DNA of 64,000 nucleotides, taken from positions 21,270 through 85,269 of the forward strand of contig JAMLID010000003.1 in NCBI GenBank assembly GCA_023954355.1, read 5' to 3'. Numbering within the stretch: the stretch's first letter is position 1; each line of letters starts with the position of its first letter. This stretch comes from Oligoflexia bacterium. Its GTDB lineage: Bacteria > Bdellovibrionota > UBA1018 > CAIPTA01. Below the pieces are notes generated by a model. It worked only from the letters and a program-made list of their open reading frames with translations, searched no databases and was not told the origin of the DNA. Shown in pieces: positions 59,901-64,000 of this stretch. Both the position numbers and the translations under genes were made by a program.

Positions 59901-62900
59901 GCAAAAATTGTTCTTTTAAAAAAACTTTGATTTTTTCTACCATTACGGTTGTTTTACCTGTACCTGCAGAGGCCTCGATAAAAACTAACGAATTTTTACT
60001 TTCAATGGCTTTTTGCTGTGCTTCTGTAAAGTCTCTACTTTGCTTTAATGAGGCCTCGGTGACAACAAAAGCAGAATGTAAACTATTTAAACTTTCTGGT
60101 GATGCCCAAGAAACTAGCTTCTCTTCTTCTCGGATTCTACAAACCGATTTATATGAGCAATAACTGCATGGCTTGCCTTGCTCTTTAGGTTCTATTGAAA
60201 ACAATCCTTCTTCACTTTTCTTTATAATAGACTCTGCCTTATCAACATAGGCATGAATGATTGAATCAAAATCATCTGCTATTTTAAGAGAGGCATTTGT
60301 TGGATGCACTTTATAATATGCATCTTCTTCTTGGCCCTTTTTAAAATTGTATTCTTTTTTAAAAAGCCCCTTATTACGCAATCGTTTTCCTCGTAAACCC
60401 AAGTATCTACCAGCAATACCTTCATATTCAGGCCAATCTTTACTCAAGCCATATAGGTATAGGGGCAATTGAAATTTTTCTATATTTGTAACAATGTCTG
60501 CATTTTCAGGGGGATTACCACTTTTATAGTCGTTAATTATAAATTTTTTCTTTTCGTGATCGATATCAACTCTATCTATTTTACCTTTCCATTTTTTTCC
60601 TGAAGGCAATTCTACTGTAAGTGGCTGCTCAACTTTAACTTCCGATATTTTTGCAAACGCAAGGTAATCATTTAAATCTTCCTCTAAAAAGTCTTTCAGA
60701 TCTTGCTCTATTCGCATTTTATATAAATGTAGAAGTTGATCGCTGCCACGGAAATAGTGAAAAGAAAATTCTTCAAAAACTTCATTACTTATTTTTTTAA
60801 GTAAATTTTTCCACTCTACTTCTTTAGACTTGATTTGCTGATATTGCAGGTAAAATTTTTCTAAAATACTATGATAGATTTTACCTTTATCTAGAGGTGA
60901 TAAATCAATACTTGCCTCTGATTCTTCATCATCTAAAAATAAAAACTTATGAACAAATGCCTTAAACGGACACTGCTCATAGTTTTCAAAAAATGTTGGC
61001 GAAAAAGAAGTGGGGGCATTATTTTTTAAAATAACTTCACGATTATTTTTAAACTCACCTACTACAGGTAAATTTGGTGACAAAAGATTCCATTTCGCCT
61101 TCTTTGTTATTTTAAATATCTCAAAAACATCTGCTAACTCTTTGGAATCACCGTTAGAATCAAATTCTGAATATGAGAAAAAGCATCTATCTTTTATGTT
61201 TATTGTTCGAATATAAGCGATTGCTTCTAATTCAAAAGCTTCAGCTGGTATAAAACCAAATTCTCGTAAGAGTTTTTTCCTATAATTCGTCAAAATTACA
61301 TTAGCAGTATTTACACTTATAGACTCTTGCGTTGCCTGAAGGCATAAAAAAGAGGATCCCTCAGCTGGAGGCAGCCATTCGCCCCAGTAAGAGAGAAAAA
61401 AATCTTTTGGCCAAATAGATTCACTCGATATAGATGCCGAAGAAACTAACGCTTCTAATTCACTCAGCCATTCATCTATAGTAAAAACGCGATTCGTAGA
61501 CGCTGCCAATAAATTTGTAGACCTTATAAAAATACCAAGAATAAAATGACTCTCGGTTTGATATTGACTATAGAGATCATCAAAACATAAAAATTCAAAA
61601 TCAAATCTTTTAAAAAAGTCTTCTAAGGCATTAGCAAAGTCTGTTGCTTTTCCTTTTTGAGGAAACTCATCTCTCATATACTGAAGTGCAGATACCACAT
61701 CTTTACCTTTTGGATGGGCCTCAGCAAGCTGTATCCAATGATCAAACCCATCGGATACACCTGCTCTTGCTGCCTCAACTCCGAGACTAGAAATTCCAGA
61801 GTCAAATAATTCTAAAAAACGTATAAGCTCGATGGCTCTAAAAAATGTACAGTTGTCTACTTTTAAACGAAGTGTATTGCTAAGGCTTTTCCAGAGTCCG
61901 GATTCTGAGGCCTTTATCTTTTTTAAAAACCCATCTTCAGAAAACTCATAAGACAACTCTGCTAAAAAAGTGTCTTCTATTTTTTTATTTTTAGGCAAAA
62001 CTACAAAGACATTTTCTAAGCTTTCGACCTTCGCTTTAATAAATCGAGCAGCAGACCGTGCTTCAAAAGTTGGAGTATGTGCGGACAAAAGAGTGACTTC
62101 ATTTACTTCACTATCTACTTGTTCTTTAAAAGAAATCTCACCAGAAAAACCTTCTATTAAACTTTGAAGTAGAAGTGCTGAGCAAGAGTGACTAATACTT
62201 TTTTTCGATTTTAGCGTATCTCTGATTTCTAAATTACTTAACTGTAAGGGTATAATTACCTCTCTTGATTTTGCTACAGTTTGCAAGAAATCAATCTCTA
62301 CTTTATGTAAAAAATCGAACCCTAATAGATATAAAGGTGAAGTATTTGTTTCTTCAAAAGGTAAATTAAGTGCAAGAGCTCTGTCATAGGTTTGGTTTGC
62401 CTCTAGCGCAGACTGAAAAGCCAAAGTGATTAACCAAAATTCTTCCATAAAATTTTGTTCTACATTGTTTTGCTTAGGAGTTACTAAGTCTTTCGCTCTA
62501 TCAATAAGATCTTCTCGAATTAATCCAGCCATTCTAGTTTCACGAATGGCTGCTAATAAATCGTCTATAAATTTTGGATTAAGTTTATAGTTTGTTATTT
62601 TTTCGATTAGTTTTTTTTCTGATAAAATATCAATTACTTGAAAAAGAATATCTTTTTCTCTAAGCGCACTTAAAATTTGAAAGCGTTTAGACTGTTCTAC
62701 TTGATAAGAACGAATTTTATTAATAGACCAATCATTCCAAGTATTTATTTTTTTGCCAGATAAGCTTTCTTTTTTCTTATAATACGACTGTAAGAGCCAT
62801 GTTTCCCCGGTAGCACCTATTCTTGGTCCAAGAACAATTTCTCCGCCACTGCTAAAAAGAAGCTCTAGTGCTCGAGTATAAGCACTTTTCCAATTCGAAT

Positions 62901-62931
62901 CTGCAGAGAAAAATGTAAAACCAGACTTCAC
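56944..62931 (-). CDS. Fused AddB-AddA helicase-nuclease
   Basis: AddB-type nuclease (QCPF..GKIDRVD..DYKSG..CSYC.YKSVC) followed in frame by UvrD-type helicase (ASAGTGKT, DEFQDTN, GDGKQSIYRFR, TVHASKGLEF, YVAITRA) and a second nuclease (GAIDR..VDYKS..QLLIY). Confidence 0.9.
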   Translation of the reverse strand: MKSGFTFFSADSNWKSAYTRALELLFSSGGEIVLGPRIGATGETWLLQSYYKKKESLSGKKINTWNDWSINKIRSYQVEQSKRFQILSALREKDILFQVIDILSEKKLIEKITNYKLNPKFIDDLLAAIRETRMAGLIREDLIDRAKDLVTPKQNNVEQNFMEEFWLITLAFQSALEANQTYDRALALNLPFEETNTSPLYLLGFDFLHKVEIDFLQTVAKSREVIIPLQLSNLEIRDTLKSKKSISHSCSALLLQSLIEGFSGEISFKEQVDSEVNEVTLLSAHTPTFEARSAARFIKAKVESLENVFVVLPKNKKIEDTFLAELSYEFSEDGFLKKIKASESGLWKSLSNTLRLKVDNCTFFRAIELIRFLELFDSGISSLGVEAARAGVSDGFDHWIQLAEAHPKGKDVVSALQYMRDEFPQKGKATDFANALEDFFKRFDFEFLCFDDLYSQYQTESHFILGIFIRSTNLLAASTNRVFTIDEWLSELEALVSSASISSESIWPKDFFLSYWGEWLPPAEGSSFLCLQATQESISVNTANVILTNYRKKLLREFGFIPAEAFELEAIAYIRTINIKDRCFFSYSEFDSNGDSKELADVFEIFKITKKAKWNLLSPNLPVVGEFKNNREVILKNNAPTSFSPTFFENYEQCPFKAFVHKFLFLDDEESEASIDLSPLDKGKIYHSILEKFYLQYQQIKSKEVEWKNLLKKISNEVFEEFSFHYFRGSDQLLHLYKMRIEQDLKDFLEEDLNDYLAFAKISEVKVEQPLTVELPSGKKWKGKIDRVDIDHEKKKFIINDYKSGNPPENADIVTNIEKFQLPLYLYGLSKDWPEYEGIAGRYLGLRGKRLRNKGLFKKEYNFKKGQEEDAYYKVHPTNASLKIADDFDSIIHAYVDKAESIIKKSEEGLFSIEPKEQGKPCSYCSYKSVCRIREEEKLVSWASPESLNSLHSAFVVTEASLKQSRDFTEAQQKAIESKNSLVFIEASAGTGKTTVMVEKIKVFLKEQFLQMQEDASDSFYAISFTEKSAEELRKRLFRALSGEKEFSTSFIARVTSRVSTVHGLCAKIIADFPGESPVNPHFELLDEKMSRLLLEEVTENFFNQCPEHLYDHLSDLMRVYDRKKIASYLVTLYKEKLILNEEISFYMDTFQGSKNQNDYLLSSEASGNLLKSLFSLYKDFQIYVEEKKSELNVIDFNDLEKNAIHILQKSHCLEQVKKELKLVLIDEFQDTNSIQKQIVGSLSSGEGCQFVCVGDGKQSIYRFRNADIEVFESTKKDVKNNKGDLIELDVNYRSNRKIIQFVNDATSFLFPKESEEKASFEASAVEVKGKKEDEGRVVQVSYSVDETTREKTLDQESIVLVRLIQKLQKEGRALDQIAVLFKKISGNDTFFKALSQANIPYSITSSKGLFGQQITIDSVTLLRAVYLPESELALVAYLRSPWERKTEEEILVLRKAISEKQGLSAFVTKEKLPFLTYLRSISQFESISVIMNKGFEKYPLGLSDRLQIEKITAYLSALEESEKTRTEIIERFSEWSGWASDSEKSDEAIMPVPSGGGMLKIMTVHASKGLEFPVVILPDLGAAPSSIKENLRILPRVGICLRDPEEKDEKVVTEISEQIKLRDLAESKRQLYVAITRAEKEIYMLAPYGDKYKNKKNSWLDWLTEIFSKSSVVENEKSETFVVLESAHSSRITSRLVEHAKVKVKKERKLTTSEVVGYMSCAEFHKLKFIKKWEDLIVQKYKKHDDLEKVIRKRRARPGEIQKKLQSLGLERKDRGIILHRVLERVSQKEPTEETIRTWLRDEYGSFVSVENSDLDELVDDGVKTLQKLFSSREGRQIFFEASEVHSEFPFQFKINDFYLSGAIDRVVKIAKNQWIVVDYKSKITEENLAKYENQLLIYLLAWKRYLQSSGYKDENVSGLLIDLDNMDFYTLSNENPQFEDDLRDLLKKMDENYTLLNGSNAALRLSVEGQNACFSCPYVDRCNVGRNFVLRFS

Positions 62932-63935
62932 TAAGATAGCTCAAGCATTTGTTGATCCGTATAGAGCTTTACGATTCCTTTACCCTTCTTTACATGCCCC
63001 AAAGGAAAAGCATTAACTTTCTTTTTTCTTAGATCTTTTAAAATCTTTTTCGCTGACTCAGGTGAGCAGCAAATTACAAAGCCAACACCCATATTGAAAG
63101 TAGCATACATTTCTTTTAAGTCTAAACCTGAGCGCTCATGTAGAGTTGAAAAAATTAGCGATTTTTCTAATTCATAACAAACATGATAATCAAATTTAGC
63201 ATTCATTCGCGGTATATTTAAAAAACCAGAACCAGTAATATGCGCTAGCCCTTTAATATGTTTTTTATATCGATGGGTCATTTCTAAAATAGCATCAACA
63301 TATATCGCTGTGGGCGCTAATGCCCTACGGAGTAATGATTTTTCATGTTTTTTAATTAATTTACGTACTAGAGAAAAACCATTAGAGTGCAAACCCGAAG
63401 ACGCAAGCCCTATAAGAATGTCGCCTTCTTTCATGTTTTTTCCATCTACTAAGTTTTTCTTATCTACATAACCAACACAAAAGCCTGCAAGATCATATTC
63501 TCCTGTATCATACATGCCCGGCATCTCAGCTGTTTCTCCACCTACGAGTGCTACTCGCGACTCTCTACAACCCTCTACTATGCCTTTTAAAATATTCTGT
63601 GAAGTTTTTAAATTAAGCTTTCCACAGGCAATATAGTCTAGAAAAAATTCTGGCTTTGCTCCTGTGCAAATAACGTCATTCACACACATGGCCACTAAAT
63701 CAATACCGATGGTGTCGTGAATATTTAAATCTTGAGCTATTTTTAATTTGGTACCAACTCCATCAGTACCGGCAGCTAAGAAACGATTTTTTTCTATTTC
63801 ATAAAGCGAAGCATAACCACCAACACCACTTTTTACTTTTTTATTATAGGTACTTTTCACCAGCTTAGAGATATTACTAACAAATTTATCCCCTAAATCT
63901 CTATCTACACCTGAATCCTTATAACTAATGGGCAT
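62931..63935 (-). CDS. purM: Phosphoribosylformylglycinamidine cyclo-ligase
   Basis: TDGVGTK, DLVAMCVND, GGETAEMPG, SSGLHSNGFSL, HITG, TFNMGVG. Confidence 0.97.
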   Translation of the reverse strand: MPISYKDSGVDRDLGDKFVSNISKLVKSTYNKKVKSGVGGYASLYEIEKNRFLAAGTDGVGTKLKIAQDLNIHDTIGIDLVAMCVNDVICTGAKPEFFLDYIACGKLNLKTSQNILKGIVEGCRESRVALVGGETAEMPGMYDTGEYDLAGFCVGYVDKKNLVDGKNMKEGDILIGLASSGLHSNGFSLVRKLIKKHEKSLLRRALAPTAIYVDAILEMTHRYKKHIKGLAHITGSGFLNIPRMNAKFDYHVCYELEKSLIFSTLHERSGLDLKEMYATFNMGVGFVICCSPESAKKILKDLRKKKVNAFPLGHVKKGKGIVKLYTDQQMLELS

Positions 63936-64000
63936 ATATTCTCCTTACGTTATGCTAGTGCCTAAAATGACGAGTTCCTGTAAAGGCCATAGCAATTTTT

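Noticed and set aside
594-62167. Many short ORFs in the track nested within or antisense to long genes
   Set aside because: They overlap well-supported genes and show no recognisable motifs or RBS

Overview
A ~37% GC bacterial chromosome segment whose gene content points to Bdellovibrionota/Oligoflexia (inference from the gliding cluster, ACIII genes and lipid A operon). Most of it is core genome. It holds the start of an alternative complex III operon (actA/actB) with system II cytochrome c biogenesis genes, gap-pgk-tpiA-secG, yhaM, sppA and rpsA. A long envelope operon follows (lysS-lolE/C-lolD-bamA, then skp-lpxD-fabZ-lpxA-gnnA-like-lpxB-lpxK-acyltransferase-DUF3108-GT9-GT4-membrane protein), then mrp, thiN, anmK, lpxC, ribF, a CHASE2 kinase/sigma54 regulator pair, type III glutamine synthetase, a Glt gliding cluster, a 1995-aa AddB-AddA fusion and purM. 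The most unusual items are: (1) an insertion between bamA and skp encoding a secreted protein colinear with the OspC/Lart1-type ADP-ribosyltransferase fold, plus an unannotated 48-aa membrane peptide with a sigma54 promoter; (2) a ~130-bp-periodic array of four covarying long hairpins with CTAG-containing apices at 45357-45882; (3) an unannotated 25-aa (KKKAT)n peptide gene with its own promoter, RBS and 3' stem-loop; (4) single-chain AddBA with Fe-S cysteines on both nuclease domains; (5) an intact but ATPase-dead ComM homologue; (6) an apparent GltD-GltE fusion. actA and sppA carry clustered indels that look like sequencing errors. No tRNA, rRNA, CRISPR array or transposase was seen. Family assignments come from motif recognition and memory, not database searches.
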